A stretch of DNA of 62,063 nucleotides, counting the filler, from Rhabdomonas costata (lineage: Eukaryota): assembly GCA_019059605.1 (NCBI GenBank). It is 22 parts of 22 records of this genome, joined end to end, with 100 filler letters (N's around TTAATTAATTAA, not from the genome) between each part and the next. Parts side by side here need not be neighbours in the genome. Positions count along the whole stretch, not along the records: positions 59,345 to 62,063 come from JAHMHO010002256.1; 21 more parts are not named here. One strand, 5' to 3'. Under the pieces are notes generated by a model, which was given only the letters and a program-made list of their open reading frames with translations, was not told the DNA's origin and made no database searches. The translations under genes and the position numbers were made by a program. Every line of letters starts with the position of its first letter. Positions within the stretch are counted from its first letter, which is position 1. This document shows, one piece after another, positions 61,542 to 62,063 of this stretch.

Positions 61542-62063
61542 GTTCGTTTATGGTGGGTAAGGGGAACGAGTTAAGCTTGTACTTATGCCTTTTTCTTTGG
61601 TTAGTGAGGGTCTGTGGGCAGCCTAGCGGGCACATAGACCGAGGGTGAGTTAACTCATCCACCCCTTGGTAGCAAACTGTCACAATCTTTCCTCTCCTGC
61701 GCATTGAAACATATAGTAAGTTAGCGTTGACAACCCGTTGGAAACGGTCGCACATTTTATGATGGCGTCAATATCTGGGAAATCCAAGATCAGATGATGA
61801 TCAGATGAATTTGAGCCCCCCCCCCACAAGTCGAGACCGGGTGGGTGGGGAATGCGCACTACAGATCCAACGGGAGAACTAAAAGAACAAAAACGTGCCC
61901 TCCCCATTGCCCCCCTTTTGATGACTGGTTCAGGTGGACCCAGACTATGCGTTCCAGAATTGGGATCACCAATTTTAAGATATGGAACTCGCCTATCGTT
62001 CGCGGCACCTGGCGCATCGCATATTATCACCAGGCGCGGACGTCGCTCAGCTCACACACACCC

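Noticed and set aside
1-62063. Euglenid-type non-conventional (non GT/GC-AG) introns
   Set aside because: Every junction I could reconstruct from homology and phase was GT-AG or GC-AG. Unresolved joins (56528-57121, upstream of 13053 and of 61422) cannot be called without cDNA.

Overview
This window is not one locus. It is 22 unrelated contigs of about 2.72 kb, apparently size-sorted, joined by an artificial 100-bp linker (N44-TTAATTAATTAA-N44), so nothing can be inferred across linkers. The DNA is eukaryotic and intron-rich. It most resembles a euglenozoan-type protist (inference from degenerate GYNYGY donors, frequent GC-AG introns, unpaired acceptors just upstream of start codons and a trypanosomatid-like class III cyclase exon). 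Gene fragments reconstructed by hand with phase-consistent splice sites include ATG2-like, PIP5K, PDI-like, a GT-A/DxD glycosyltransferase-like protein, two tandem PAN/Apple-like secreted paralogs, a theta-like GST, a HECT E3, a large protein with an embedded nucleoredoxin (WCPGC) domain, an SP-RING/PIAS-type SUMO ligase, a DHHC acyltransferase, an IQ-repeat protein, PRP19, a BRCT-like protein, a MYST Tudor-knot, a multi-pass membrane protein and an adenylate cyclase. The most notable observations are: (1) one contig with an exact 127-bp terminal direct repeat, i.e. a 2594-bp circle or collapsed tandem unit with no intact gene; (2) an intronless ~800-codon single-frame relic interrupted by isolated in-frame TAG/TGA codons; (3) GC-AG donors in 3 of about 22 reconstructed introns; (4) a microsatellite-tailed dispersed repeat whose inverted copies bracket two exons; (5) a spliced exon encoding what looks like a bacterial-type small domain; (6) long perfect hairpins at two contig ends. 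No rRNA, tRNA, CRISPR array or clearly intact transposase/RT was recognised.
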